Part shown: positions 44,890-54,877 of the stretch, one piece after another
Layout: the number at the start of each line of letters is the position of its first letter
How positions within the stretch are numbered: position 1 is the stretch's first letter
DNA from: an uncultured beta proteobacterium
Lineage (GTDB): Bacteria > Pseudomonadota > Gammaproteobacteria > Burkholderiales > SG8-39
NCBI GenBank assembly: GCA_903899705.1
Contig: CAIUKQ010000309.1
Span: 6,484 to 70,483 of the forward strand
Length of the DNA: 64,000 nucleotides
Reading direction: 5' to 3'
Made by a program: the position numbers and the translations under genes
The notes under the pieces: model-generated
What the model was told of the DNA's origin: nothing
Databases searched by the model: none
What the model saw: only the letters and a program-made list of their open reading frames with translations

Positions 44890-46806
44890 ATGTTCAATTT
44901 TGTCGCCACCCACAAACGCCTTCTGCAGATTCTTCTGGCCCTTGTCGTCATCCCGCCCTTCGCCCTGTGGGGAGTCGACTCCTACCATCGAATGGGAACG
45001 ACAGCGGGCGAAGTGGCGAATGTCGGGGACATCAAGATCGTGGAAAACGAATTCACATCGCAGGTGCGCGCGCAGCAGGAGCGCATGCAGCAGCTGCTGG
45101 GGCGCAATTACAACCCCGAGATATTCGACACCCGTGAGGCGCGCTCCGAGATACTGGAGAACATGATCACGCAACGACTGGTGACCCAGCATGTGATCAA
45201 GTCTCGCATGGTTGTGACCGATGATGCACTGCGCGAAATGATCATGGCCACCCCCGCATTCCAGGATAACGGCAAGTTTTCGCACGAACGCTACGTGCAG
45301 GTGCTCCAGAGCGAGCGCGGCGAACGCGGAGACGGCATGACGCCGGAGATGTTCGAAAACAGCCTGAGGCGCGACCTGCTGGTACAGCAACTGAGCGCCG
45401 CTATCGGTGAAGGCGGACTGGTGTCCAGGGCGATTGCGCGCGAATGGGCCGGACTGGCGGGAGAGAGCCGGGAAATATCCGTGTCCAAGCTCGCCGCCGC
45501 GAATTTCGCCGCCAAGGTCAAGACCTCACCCGAGAGCATCAAGGCCTTTTATGAGGCAAACCGGCCCCGATTCGAGGTGCCGGAGCAGGTCAAGGTCGAA
45601 TATGTGGTCTTTGATGCGGATGCACTGGCCTCGGCCGAACCGGTCACCGCGAAGGAAATCCAGGACACCTACGAACAACGGCGCGCCCAGTACGAAGTGG
45701 CTGAGCAGCGTCAGGCGAGCCACATCCTGATAGCGCTCAAGCAGGGCGCCAACGATGCGGAAAAGGCGAAGGCCCGCGTCCGCGCGGAGGAATTGCTCGC
45801 ACAGGTGCGCAAATCGCCGGCCTCGTTTGCCGACATTGCCAAAAAGAATTCCGACGACCCGGGGTCGGCTGAGAAGGGTGGAGATGTCGGTCTGTTCAGC
45901 CGCGGATTGGTGGCCAAGGCGTTTGAAGATGCGGCATACGCCATGAAGGTGAGCGATATCAGCGGTCCGGTTGAATCCGAATTCGGTTTTCACATCATCC
46001 GGTTGACGGCCGTGGTTCCGGGAAAGATCAAACCCCTTGCGGATGTTCGCGCCGATATCGAAAAGGACCTGGTCAAGCAGCGCGCCGGACGGAAATTCGC
46101 GGAGGCCGCGGAGCAGTTTTCGAATATGGTCTATGAACAGTCGGATACGTTGAAGCCGGTGGCCGACCGCTTCAAGCTCGCGATTCGGGACGGCGGATGG
46201 GTGACACGTGCGGGCACGAAGATCCCCCAACTTTCCAGTCCTCGCGTCATTTCATCGCTGTTTTCGGATGATTCCATCAAGAACCATCGTAATACCGAAG
46301 CCGTCGAAGTTGCGCAGGGCAGCCTGGTGTCTGCTCGGGTGGTGGAGCACAAGCCCGCCTCTTTGAAACCGCTGGCGGAAGTAGAAAAGGAAGTCGCCCA
46401 GCTTCTGGTACAGAAGGAATCGGACACCCTTGCCTGGAAGGAAGGGGCAGATCGCCTGGAGCAGTTGCGCAAGGGGGACACGGCGGGCGTGTCGTTTTCT
46501 TCCCCGAAAACCATGGGGCGCGAGGGCGCTGACCAATTGCCGCGGCAGGTCATGGAGGCTGCATTTCGCGCGGACCGGAACAAGCTGCCTTCCTATGTCG
46601 GAGTGGAACTGAACGACGGCTACATGCTCCTGCGTGTCAGCAAGGTGGTGCCACCCAAGCTTGATGAAAGCGCGGAGAAGAACGCGCAGACCGAACTGGG
46701 CCGCGCCATGGGCGCCACTGAATTCCGTGCCTATATCAAGGGGCTACGGGCCGGCACCACGGTGACGATCAACCCGAAGGCGCTCGAGTCCAAGGCCAAT
46801 CCGTAA
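44890..46806 (+). CDS. ppiD: periplasmic chaperone / peptidyl-prolyl isomerase PpiD
   Basis: 638 aa. N-terminal TM (LLQILLALVVIPPFALWG), parvulin core ASHILI..GGDVGLFSRG..FGFHIIRL. Follows hupB as in E. coli. Confidence 0.9.
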   Translation: MFNFVATHKRLLQILLALVVIPPFALWGVDSYHRMGTTAGEVANVGDIKIVENEFTSQVRAQQERMQQLLGRNYNPEIFDTREARSEILENMITQRLVTQHVIKSRMVVTDDALREMIMATPAFQDNGKFSHERYVQVLQSERGERGDGMTPEMFENSLRRDLLVQQLSAAIGEGGLVSRAIAREWAGLAGESREISVSKLAAANFAAKVKTSPESIKAFYEANRPRFEVPEQVKVEYVVFDADALASAEPVTAKEIQDTYEQRRAQYEVAEQRQASHILIALKQGANDAEKAKARVRAEELLAQVRKSPASFADIAKKNSDDPGSAEKGGDVGLFSRGLVAKAFEDAAYAMKVSDISGPVESEFGFHIIRLTAVVPGKIKPLADVRADIEKDLVKQRAGRKFAEAAEQFSNMVYEQSDTLKPVADRFKLAIRDGGWVTRAGTKIPQLSSPRVISSLFSDDSIKNHRNTEAVEVAQGSLVSARVVEHKPASLKPLAEVEKEVAQLLVQKESDTLAWKEGADRLEQLRKGDTAGVSFSSPKTMGREGADQLPRQVMEAAFRADRNKLPSYVGVELNDGYMLLRVSKVVPPKLDESAEKNAQTELGRAMGATEFRAYIKGLRAGTTVTINPKALESKANP

Positions 46807-46836
46807 AGCGGCCGCGGCGCGCCCGCGAGAGCAGGT

Positions 46837-47652
46837 CTATTTCGCGACCGGCTCCTGATCCGGTGGAAGATCCGGAATGCACACCGCCACGTTGCTGTAT
46901 CCGGAATCGACGTGCAGGATTTCTCCCGTTATCCCGGCGGCAAGGTCTGACAACAGGAAGGCCGCCGCGTTGCCCACGTCATCAATGCCCACATTGCGCC
47001 TGAGCGGCGCAAACTGCTCCACGTGCTTGAGAATCTTGCCGAATCCGGCGATGCCGCTTGCAGCCAGGGTCTTGATCGGGCCAGCGGATATGCCATTCAC
47101 CCTGACGCCCCGGGGACCGAGGCTTTCCGCCATGTAGCGTACAGCAGCCTCCAGGCTCGCCTTGGCAAGGCCCATGGTGTTGTAGTTGGGAATTGAACGC
47201 TCCGCACCGAGGTAGGTCAGAGTCACCAGGGAACCGCGTCGCGCGACCAAAAGCGGCGCAAAAGCCTTGGCCAGCGCGGGGAAGCTGTATGCCGACACGT
47301 CGTGCGCAACCCGGAAGCCCTCGCGGGACATACCCTCCAGAAAATCTCCGGCGATCGTCTCGCGCGGCGCGAACGCCAGCGCATGCACCAGACCGTCCAT
47401 GCCATCCCATTGCGCGCCAAGGTCAGCGGCCAATCTTGCAATCTCCTCGTCGCTGGCCACATCGCAGGCAAACACCAGGGATGAACCAAGTTCTGCCGCC
47501 ATGTCGGCAACGCGTTCACGAAAACGGTCGTTTTGATAGGTAAAGGCAAGATCGGCGCCTTCACGCTTTGCCGCCTTTGCGATGCCCCAGGCAATCGATC
47601 GATTGCTCAGAAGGCCGGTGACGAGAATGCGCTTGCCGGAGAGAAATCCCAT
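46837..47652 (-). CDS. fabI: enoyl-ACP reductase FabI
   Basis: 271 aa. [28 protein letters not shown] (Tyr-x6-Lys), [10 protein letters not shown]. Confidence 0.94.
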   Translation of the reverse strand: MGFLSGKRILVTGLLSNRSIAWGIAKAAKREGADLAFTYQNDRFRERVADMAAELGSSLVFACDVASDEEIARLAADLGAQWDGMDGLVHALAFAPRETIAGDFLEGMSREGFRVAHDVSAYSFPALAKAFAPLLVARRGSLVTLTYLGAERSIPNYNTMGLAKASLEAAVRYMAESLGPRGVRVNGISAGPIKTLAASGIAGFGKILKHVEQFAPLRRNVGIDDVGNAAAFLLSDLAAGITGEILHVDSGYSNVAVCIPDLPPDQEPVAK

Positions 47653-47684
47653 GCCTATGTCCTCAACCTCAGATTCAACGCCAG

Positions 47685-47690
47685 ATTATA
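47685..47690 (-). promoter_or_regulatory. perfect TATAAT -10 box for fabI
   Basis: Minus strand TATAAT, 33-38 nt upstream of the fabI ATG with a GAGG SD between. No good -35 box seen. Confidence 0.3.
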
Positions 47691-47745
47691 CCGAATAGGG
47701 TATGCGCAATGCCCCGCAGGCGCGGTATTTCGATACACTAAAAGC

Positions 47746-49971
47746 ATGCTGGCTTCCCGTATTCTTCCGGTACTTCTCGCACTGTTCCTGGCCGGATGCG
47801 GCGATATATGGAACAGTCCCTATTCGGGCGCAGATCGCGGCAAAAGCATTCTGTACACCTCGTTTGCCGAGCGTCCCAAGCACCTCGATCCGGCGCAATC
47901 CTATGCTTCGGACGAATGGGAATTCACGGCGCAGATCTATGAACCCCCGCTGCAGTACCACTATCTGAAGCGGCCCTATGAACTGATTCCCGCGACAACG
48001 GTGGAAGTCCCGAAGGCCAGACAGTACGACACGAAGGGCAGGGAACTTCCCGCCACAGCGCCTGCGAGCGCCGTTGCCTACAGTGAATACGAGATACACA
48101 TCAAGCCCGGCATCCGTTACCAGCCGCATCCCGCTTTCGCGAAAGCACCTGATGGTTCGCCGCGATACCTTTCCCTCAGCGAGACCGAGGTCGGCGGCAA
48201 GTACGAGATTTCCGATTTTCCGGAAACCGGCAGCCGGGAACTCTTGGCCGAAGACTACGTGTTTGAAATCAAGCGCCTTGCGCACCCGCGATTCGTCTCG
48301 CCAATATTCGGCCACATGAGCGAATACATTGTCGGGTTGAAAGAACTGGGTGAGACCCTGCAGAAGGCAAACCAGGCCATGCTGGCCGCGCATGAAAAAA
48401 AATACGGCAAGACCGACAAGGGCTATCCGTGGTTGGACCTGCGCGAATATGACCTCAGCGGCGTCACCGTGGTCGACAGCCATACCTACCGGGTGCGTGT
48501 GAAGGGCAAATATCCGCAGTTCGTCTACTGGCTGGCCATGCCGTTCTTTGCCCCTATTCCCTGGGAAGCCGACAAGTTCTACGCGCAGCGCGGCATGAAT
48601 GAAGGCCGCAACCTCACGCTGGACTGGTACCCCGTCGGAACGGGGCCCTACATGCTCAGCGAAAACAATCCGAACGCGCGCATGACCCTGGAGCGAAATC
48701 CGAATTTTCGGGGGGAACCGTATCCCTCTGAAGGCGAACACGGTGATGAAAAAGCGGGTCTGCTGGCCGATGCCGGCAAGCTGGCCCCTTTTATCGACCG
48801 CATAGTCTTCAGCCGCGAAAAGGAAGGCATTCCCTACTGGAACAAGTTTCTTCAGGGGTATTACGACAATTCGGGTATCAGTTCCGACAGCTTTGACCAG
48901 GCGGTGCGCATCGGTCTTGAAGGCGATGCCGCCCTGTCGCCGCAGATGGATGAGCGCGGCATCCAGCTCAAGACCTCGGTGGGTGCCAGCACCTTCTACC
49001 TCGCGTTCAACTTTCTGGATCCGGTCGTGGGCAGCCTGTCGGAGCGCTCCAGAAAGCTTCGGCAGGCCGTCTCTATTGCGGTCGACTGGGAGGAGTTCAT
49101 TTCCATATTCGCCAATGGTCGCGGCATACCCGGCATGGGCCCGCTGCCGCCCGGCATCTACGGGTACCGGGACTGGCAGGACGGATTCAACCCGGTGGTG
49201 TATGACTGGGTGGGCGGCAAACCCCAAAGGAAGCCGATCGACACCGCGAAACGACTGCTCGCTGAGGCTGGTTACCCCGATGGCCGAGACCAGAAAACGG
49301 GCCAGCCGCTGGTGCTCTATCTCGATACAGCCGGACGCGGTCCGGGAGACAAATCGCGCCTTGACTGGTATCGCCGGCAGTTTGCCAAGCTCAACATCCA
49401 GCTCGAGATCCGCTCCACCGACTGGAACCGTTTTCAGGAAAAGATCCGCGCGGGCAATACCCAGATGTTTTTCCTCGGATGGAACGCGGATTACCCGGAT
49501 CCGGAAAATTTCATGTTCCTGCTGAACGGCCCCCAGTCTCGCGCCAAAACCCAGGGAGAGAATGCCGCGAACTATGCCAATCCGGAATTCGACCGACTGT
49601 TCGAGCAAATGAAGAACATTGATAACGGCCCAGAGCGCCAGGCCCTCATCGACCAGATGGTGAAGATCGCGCGACAGGACGCCCCGTGGGTGTGGGGATA
49701 TCACCCCAAGGATTACAGCCTGTCGCACGCCTGGATGAGAAACGGCAAGCCCAACAACATGGCGCGAAACGGACTCAAATTCCTGCGAGTGGACTCGGCG
49801 CTGCGAGAGCGGCGACGTGCCGAGTGGAATAATCCGGTGTTCTGGCCGGTCATCGCGCTAATCGCCCTGCTGGCCGTCGGAACGCTGCCGGCCTGGTTGA
49901 GTTACCGGCGTCGCGAGCGAAGTGCCGGCCGCGTGGTGGCGCATTCAGTTCCCCCGGGAAGAGGGGGGTAG
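47746..49971 (+). CDS. ABC transporter substrate-binding lipoprotein, peptide/nickel family 5, with C-terminal membrane anchor
   Basis: 741 aa. Lipobox LALFLAGC at the N-terminus, SBP_bac_5-like body, and a C-terminal hydrophobic stretch VFWPVIALIALLAVGTLPAWL followed by SYRRRER. ATG 47746 chosen; track start 47533 lies on the fabI antisense. Confidence 0.8.
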   Translation: MLASRILPVLLALFLAGCGDIWNSPYSGADRGKSILYTSFAERPKHLDPAQSYASDEWEFTAQIYEPPLQYHYLKRPYELIPATTVEVPKARQYDTKGRELPATAPASAVAYSEYEIHIKPGIRYQPHPAFAKAPDGSPRYLSLSETEVGGKYEISDFPETGSRELLAEDYVFEIKRLAHPRFVSPIFGHMSEYIVGLKELGETLQKANQAMLAAHEKKYGKTDKGYPWLDLREYDLSGVTVVDSHTYRVRVKGKYPQFVYWLAMPFFAPIPWEADKFYAQRGMNEGRNLTLDWYPVGTGPYMLSENNPNARMTLERNPNFRGEPYPSEGEHGDEKAGLLADAGKLAPFIDRIVFSREKEGIPYWNKFLQGYYDNSGISSDSFDQAVRIGLEGDAALSPQMDERGIQLKTSVGASTFYLAFNFLDPVVGSLSERSRKLRQAVSIAVDWEEFISIFANGRGIPGMGPLPPGIYGYRDWQDGFNPVVYDWVGGKPQRKPIDTAKRLLAEAGYPDGRDQKTGQPLVLYLDTAGRGPGDKSRLDWYRRQFAKLNIQLEIRSTDWNRFQEKIRAGNTQMFFLGWNADYPDPENFMFLLNGPQSRAKTQGENAANYANPEFDRLFEQMKNIDNGPERQALIDQMVKIARQDAPWVWGYHPKDYSLSHAWMRNGKPNNMARNGLKFLRVDSALRERRRAEWNNPVFWPVIALIALLAVGTLPAWLSYRRRERSAGRVVAHSVPPGRGG

Positions 49972-49977
49972 ACGCGC

Positions 49978-50955
49978 ATGCTCGCCTACATCATCCGCCG
50001 GATGCTCTATGCCATACCGATCCTGATCGGCGTGAACCTGATTACCTTCGCCCTGTTTTTCGTGGTCAACACGCCCGAGGACATTGCGCGCATGCAACTG
50101 GGTGCCAAGCGTGTCACGCCGGAGGCCATCGAGAAATGGAAGGGGGAGCACGGCTACGACAAGCCGCTTTTGTATAACGCAGCGGCGAATGGCACAGACA
50201 AAATATCCGACACGATTTTCTTCGATAAATCGGTGCGCCTGTTTGTATTTGACTTTGGAAACGCCGATGACGGTCGCTCCATCGGGCATGAAATCTCCAC
50301 CCGCATGTGGCCCAGTCTCGCGCTCGCCCTGCCGACCTTTTTGATAGGGCTGCTGTTCAATGTGACCATCGCGCTGCTGATGGCGTTCTTCAGGGCCACC
50401 TATCTCGATTTCTGGGGGGTGGTGCTGTGCGTGGCAATGATGTCTATTTCGGGGCTTTTCTACATCATCGGCGGGCAGTACCTGATATCGAAGCTGTGGA
50501 ATCTGGTGCCGATTTCGGGATTCTCCGGTGGCTTCGATGCCTTCAAATTCCTGGCGCTGCCGGTGGCGGTGGGTGTTATCGGCGGCGTGGGCAGCGGGGC
50601 GCGCTGGTACCGCAGTTTTTTTCTCGAGGAAATGGGCAAGGATTACGTGCGCACCGCGCGCGCCAAGGGACTCTCTGAGAACGTGGTGATGTTCCGCCAT
50701 GTGTTGCAAAACGCCATGATCCCCATCCTCACGGGCGTCGTCGTGGTCATTCCCACGCTCTTCATGGGCAGCCTGATATCCGAATCGTTTTTCGGAATTC
50801 CGGGTCTTGGCAGCTACACCATCGATGCCATTCAGGCGCAGGATTTTGCGATTGTTCGTGCGATGGTGTTCATGGGGTCGGTGCTGTACATCGCCGGACT
50901 GCTGCTGACCGACATCTCCTACACCCTGGTGGACCCACGGATAAGGCTGGAATGA
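49978..50955 (+). CDS. ABC transporter permease (DppB/OppB-like)
   Basis: 325 aa. MLAYIIRRMLYAIPILIGVNLITF N-terminus. EAA-type loop YVRTARAKGLSE. Confidence 0.9.
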   Translation: MLAYIIRRMLYAIPILIGVNLITFALFFVVNTPEDIARMQLGAKRVTPEAIEKWKGEHGYDKPLLYNAAANGTDKISDTIFFDKSVRLFVFDFGNADDGRSIGHEISTRMWPSLALALPTFLIGLLFNVTIALLMAFFRATYLDFWGVVLCVAMMSISGLFYIIGGQYLISKLWNLVPISGFSGGFDAFKFLALPVAVGVIGGVGSGARWYRSFFLEEMGKDYVRTARAKGLSENVVMFRHVLQNAMIPILTGVVVVIPTLFMGSLISESFFGIPGLGSYTIDAIQAQDFAIVRAMVFMGSVLYIAGLLLTDISYTLVDPRIRLE

Positions 50956-52394
50956 CCATGCCGGTGCTGCTTCTGACCGATGCTTTGATCCTGCTGCTGC
51001 TGGCCGGCGTCGTCGGCTATTTCTATTTTGTCAGCCGCCGTCCGCAAATGCGCGCCACGTGGATGCGCGTCACCGAGAGTCCTTCGGGCATGGCGGCGCT
51101 GGTGGTGTTGTTCGCCTATCTGGTCGTCGGACTTCTGGATTCGGTGCACTACCGTCCGGTGCTCGAAGCCAAAGACCCGAAGGCGGCGACGGTCTATTCC
51201 GTGGAGGTGCTCTCTCTTCTGGATGTGCTGGCGTCACCCTTGCGCGAGCGGCAGGAACGCACCTATTCGGCGCCGTTCGACACCCGCGCCTATTCCAAAG
51301 AGACCATCGAAATCCCCGGTACCGATGGCGCACCGGGAAAGCAGGTGCGGGAATTTCCGCGGTTGCAATTCGGCGGGGTGCATCTTGCCCTCGAGTCGGA
51401 GCGGGACCGGGATATTCTGGTCACCGCCCTTCGCGGATTTTCGCTGGCGTTTGCACTCTGGCTGGCGCTGGCCGCGTTGTTGTCCGCCGTGCTGGCACGC
51501 GGAAGCGCCATATCCTCCAGCGAAACCATGCGCCGGATCTGGCGGGGAGAAACGCGCGTGCCTTGGAGTGCGGTACTGATCATGCTGGGGTTGTTGCTGG
51601 CCATTGGGGGGCCGGTCATCACCCTGTGCACCCGATACCATGTTCTTGGCACGGACAAGGTGGGTCAGGACGTGATGTACCTTGCCCTGAAAAGCATTCG
51701 CACGGGCCTGGTCATCGGCACCCTGACCACGCTGGTGCTGCTGCCGCTGGCCGTCGTGGCCGGTGTGACCGCCGGGTATTTTCGCGGCTGGGTCGACGAT
51801 GTGGTCCAGTATGTCTATACCACGCTCAATTCCATTCCCGGCGTCCTGCTGATCGCGGCGTCAGTGCTCCTCATGCAGGTCTACATTGATACCCACCCCG
51901 ACCTGTTTCCCACCTCGGTGCAGCGCGCCGACCTGCGCCTCCTGTTCCTGTGCATCATCCTTGGCCTCACCAGCTGGACGGGGCTCGCGCGGCTGTTGCG
52001 CGGCGAAGTGCTGAAGCTGCGCGAATTCGAGTACGTGCAGGCGGCGCAGGCCTTTGGCGTGGGCCACAGCCGCATTATTTCGCGCCACATTCTGCCCAAT
52101 GTCATGCACGTGGTGCTGATTTCCCTGGTGCTGGATTTTTCGGGACTGGTGCTGGCCGAAGCGGTGTTGTCTTATGTCGGTGTGGGCGTGGACCCATCCA
52201 TGACGAGCTTTGGCACCATGATCAATGCGGCGCGGCTGGAGATGGGGCGCGAACCCATGGTGTGGTGGTCTCTTGCGGCGGCCTTCGTGTTCATGTTTGT
52301 GCTGGTGCTGGCCGCGAATCTTTTCGCGGATTCGGTGCGTGACGCCTTCGATCCGAGGATTCGGGTCAGGGGCCCGGCGATGCAGAAAGGATAG
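50952..52394 (+). CDS. ABC transporter permease (DppC/OppC-like) with ~180-aa N-terminal extension
   Basis: 480 aa. The C-terminal 300 aa are DppC-like (EYVQAAQAFGVGHSRIISRHILPN). The N-terminal part adds TM segments and a ~100-aa loop. ATGA overlap with the previous gene. Confidence 0.85.
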   Translation: MTMPVLLLTDALILLLLAGVVGYFYFVSRRPQMRATWMRVTESPSGMAALVVLFAYLVVGLLDSVHYRPVLEAKDPKAATVYSVEVLSLLDVLASPLRERQERTYSAPFDTRAYSKETIEIPGTDGAPGKQVREFPRLQFGGVHLALESERDRDILVTALRGFSLAFALWLALAALLSAVLARGSAISSSETMRRIWRGETRVPWSAVLIMLGLLLAIGGPVITLCTRYHVLGTDKVGQDVMYLALKSIRTGLVIGTLTTLVLLPLAVVAGVTAGYFRGWVDDVVQYVYTTLNSIPGVLLIAASVLLMQVYIDTHPDLFPTSVQRADLRLLFLCIILGLTSWTGLARLLRGEVLKLREFEYVQAAQAFGVGHSRIISRHILPNVMHVVLISLVLDFSGLVLAEAVLSYVGVGVDPSMTSFGTMINAARLEMGREPMVWWSLAAAFVFMFVLVLAANLFADSVRDAFDPRIRVRGPAMQKG

Positions 52395-52396
52395 GC

Positions 52397-54424
52397 GTGG
52401 ACAAGCTCCTCGAGATCGACAATTTGCGCACCGAGATTGAAGGGGCGGGCGCACCGACGCGCGCCGTCGACGGCATATCACTGGATATCGAGCGGGGTGA
52501 GACCTTTGCGCTGGTCGGTGAATCGGGCTGCGGCAAATCGATGACGGCGCTGTCGCTCATGCGCCTCCTCCCCGAGGCGGGCCATATCGCCGGTGGCAGC
52601 GTTCGCATCGACGGCAAGGACCTGCTCGCACTGCCGGAATCCGAAATGCGCGATCAGCGCGGACGGCGGATTGCGATGATCTTTCAGGAACCGGGCACCA
52701 GCCTGAACGCGGTGATGACCGTGGGCCGTCAGATCGAGGAAGTCCTCGAGCGCCACCTGGGCCTTGCCGGCGAGGTGTCACGTGCTAGAGCTCAATCCTT
52801 GCTCGAGGCTGTAGGCGTGCCCGACGCAGCGAGGCGCCTGGGCGAATATCCCTTCCAGCTCTCCGGCGGCCTGAAGCAACGGGCCATGATCGCCATGGCA
52901 CTGGCCGCCGAACCCGACATCCTTGTGGCCGATGAACCCACCACCGCCTTGGATGTTACCATTCAGTCGCAAGTGCTTGATTTACTTAAACAATTACAGG
53001 CAGATCGCGGTATGGCGATTCTGCTCATCACGCATGATCTGGGCATCGTGTCGGGCATGGCGAAGCGGGTGGCGGTGATGTATGCGGGCGAACTGGTCGA
53101 GGTCGCGAGCCGCGATGCGTTCTTTTCCGATCCGCAGCACCCGTATTCCAGAAAACTGTTCGCGTCCCTTCCCGGTGCGGGGCGGCGCGGCGAGGAACTC
53201 GCGGTTATTCCTGGCCAGGTCCCGCCGCTCAACACGGCGTTTCACGGGTGCCGGTTCGCCGATCGCTGTGACTTTGTCCATGCGCGTTGTCGTGACGAAT
53301 CTCCCGGCTGGACATGTTTGCCCGACGGACACGCGGTTCGATGCCACTGGGTGGAAGACCGGCAGAAAGGCATTGCGACCCGGGGAATGGACGCGCCCAG
53401 GGCAACCTTTGCCGGTGCGGCCAAGGCGCCACTGGCCGCCGGAGACGGCAAAGCGCTGCTGAAAGTCACCGAGCTCAAAGTGCATTTCCCGATCCGCAAA
53501 GGCGTGTTCAAGAAAACCGTAGGGCAGGTCAAGGCCGTTGACGGCGTATCGCTGGAGGTCGCGTCGGGCAGGACGCTCGCGCTGGTGGGCGAATCGGGAT
53601 GCGGCAAGACCACAGTGGGCAAGGCGATTCTGCAACTGATACGCCCGACATCGGGCGAGGTGCTCTTCGACGGCGTCGACCTTGTGCAGCTTCGTGGCGA
53701 AGCGCTGCGCACGCGCCGCCGCGAATTCCAGATTATTTTCCAGGACCCTTACGCGTCGCTCAATCCGCGCCTGCGGGTGGAGGATATTCTGCTCGAAGGG
53801 ATGAGCGCATTGGGCGTGGGCGCGGGAGGGGAATCGCGCCGTCAGCGCCTGAACCAGTTGCTCGATCAGGTCGGCCTGCCGCAATCGGCCCTGGCACGTT
53901 ATCCGCATGAATTTTCCGGCGGCCAGAGGCAGCGCATTGCCATCGCGCGGGCGCTTGCCGTCGAGCCGCGTCTGATCATCTGCGACGAGCCTACGAGTGC
54001 CCTCGACGTGTCGGTGCAGGCCCAGATACTCAACCTGTTGGCACGCCTGCAGCGTGAACTGGGACTTGCGTATCTCTTCATCACGCACAACCTTGCGGTG
54101 GTTGAATACCTCGCGCATGAAGTGGCCGTGATGTATCTCGGACGCATCGTCGAACGCGGGACGGCCGATGAAGTGCTGGGTTCGCCGAAACACCCTTATA
54201 CGCAGGCCTTGCTGTCCGCGGTGCCACGTATCGACGCGGGCGCGGCGCGTGCCGTGATCAAGCTCGAAGGTGAACTGCCTTCGCCGGTGAACCCGCCTTC
54301 AGGATGTCATTTCCATCCGCGCTGCCGGGACGTGATGCCGGAGTGCCGTACGCAGTATCCCGGGGTGACAGCCCTGTCGGCGACCCGAAGAGTCTCTTGC
54401 TGGCTGCATGCCGGGAAGACCTGA
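52397..54424 (+). CDS. ABC transporter ATP-binding protein, fused tandem ATPase (GsiA/YejF-like)
   Basis: Two complete cassettes: GESGCGKS..LSGGLKQR..DEPTTALD and GESGCGKT..FSGGQRQR..CDEPTSALD. Each is followed by an oligopeptide C-terminal Cys-rich tail. Confidence 0.92.
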   Translation: MDKLLEIDNLRTEIEGAGAPTRAVDGISLDIERGETFALVGESGCGKSMTALSLMRLLPEAGHIAGGSVRIDGKDLLALPESEMRDQRGRRIAMIFQEPGTSLNAVMTVGRQIEEVLERHLGLAGEVSRARAQSLLEAVGVPDAARRLGEYPFQLSGGLKQRAMIAMALAAEPDILVADEPTTALDVTIQSQVLDLLKQLQADRGMAILLITHDLGIVSGMAKRVAVMYAGELVEVASRDAFFSDPQHPYSRKLFASLPGAGRRGEELAVIPGQVPPLNTAFHGCRFADRCDFVHARCRDESPGWTCLPDGHAVRCHWVEDRQKGIATRGMDAPRATFAGAAKAPLAAGDGKALLKVTELKVHFPIRKGVFKKTVGQVKAVDGVSLEVASGRTLALVGESGCGKTTVGKAILQLIRPTSGEVLFDGVDLVQLRGEALRTRRREFQIIFQDPYASLNPRLRVEDILLEGMSALGVGAGGESRRQRLNQLLDQVGLPQSALARYPHEFSGGQRQRIAIARALAVEPRLIICDEPTSALDVSVQAQILNLLARLQRELGLAYLFITHNLAVVEYLAHEVAVMYLGRIVERGTADEVLGSPKHPYTQALLSAVPRIDAGAARAVIKLEGELPSPVNPPSGCHFHPRCRDVMPECRTQYPGVTALSATRRVSCWLHAGKT

Positions 54425-54534
54425 TCCACCGAGGTGAACATGTCCCCAATCACTATTGAGGAAGGGGGCGGCGACCAAGCTTGCCATTGGCTTTAAGGTA
54501 ACATCACCGCAGAAGGTCTTACAGGAGCAACGGC

Positions 54535-54771
54535 ATGGCCGACGATATTGAAACCCGCACCAAGGTCACCATACTCACGCCAACCTATCGGATCAAGGGA
54601 TTCATCGATCTGGTTCCCGGGGCCCGCGTGACCGACTACATCAACGAAGCCAAGGACTTCATCGCGCTCACGGATGCTGAAGTGCGCGAATCAGAAGGCC
54701 GGATTGTGTTGAACGTGCCGTTCTTGAACTTGAGCCGGGATCACGTTGTTATCGTTACCCCGGGGCATTAA
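54535..54771 (+). CDS. 78-aa hypothetical protein, family not recognised
   Basis: AGGAG SD 8 nt upstream. MADDIETRTKVTILTPTYRIKGFIDLVPGARVTDYINEAKDFIALTDAEVRESEGRIVLNVPFLNLSRDHVVIVTPGH. Codon usage looks native. Stop lies within a strong hairpin. Confidence 0.6.
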   Translation: MADDIETRTKVTILTPTYRIKGFIDLVPGARVTDYINEAKDFIALTDAEVRESEGRIVLNVPFLNLSRDHVVIVTPGH

Positions 54772-54800
54772 GAAGGCAACAAAGTCGCCTTCTTAATGCC
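54764..54800 (+). terminator. perfect 14-bp stem hairpin (no U-tract)
   Basis: GGCATTAAGAAGGC-aacaaagtc-GCCTTCTTAATGCC. The left arm contains the TAA stop (54769-71) of the 78-aa ORF. Confidence 0.5.
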
Positions 54801-54819
54801 TGCGGCAGGAAAACTTCAG

Positions 54820-54853
54820 AACGGGGGAAGAGGGAGTCCCCGCTTCCCCCGTT
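54820..54853 (-). terminator. candidate gltX terminator
   Basis: 11-bp stem AACGGGGGAAG / CTTCCCCCGTT with a 12-nt loop. On the minus strand it is followed by CTGAAGTTTTCC. Confidence 0.5.
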
Positions 54854-54877
54854 ACCCCCATCGCCCCGAGAGGGGAA

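Noticed and set aside
54440-54496. Second 18-codon mini-ORF (MSPITIEEGGGDQACHWL) with a GAGGTG SD-like sequence, between the ABC ATPase and the 78-aa ORF.
   Set aside because: Unlike the lplT uORF, it has no promoter or hairpin context and is not juxtaposed to the downstream start (38-nt gap). A chance ORF of this size is expected, so I note it only as something ribosome profiling could revisit.
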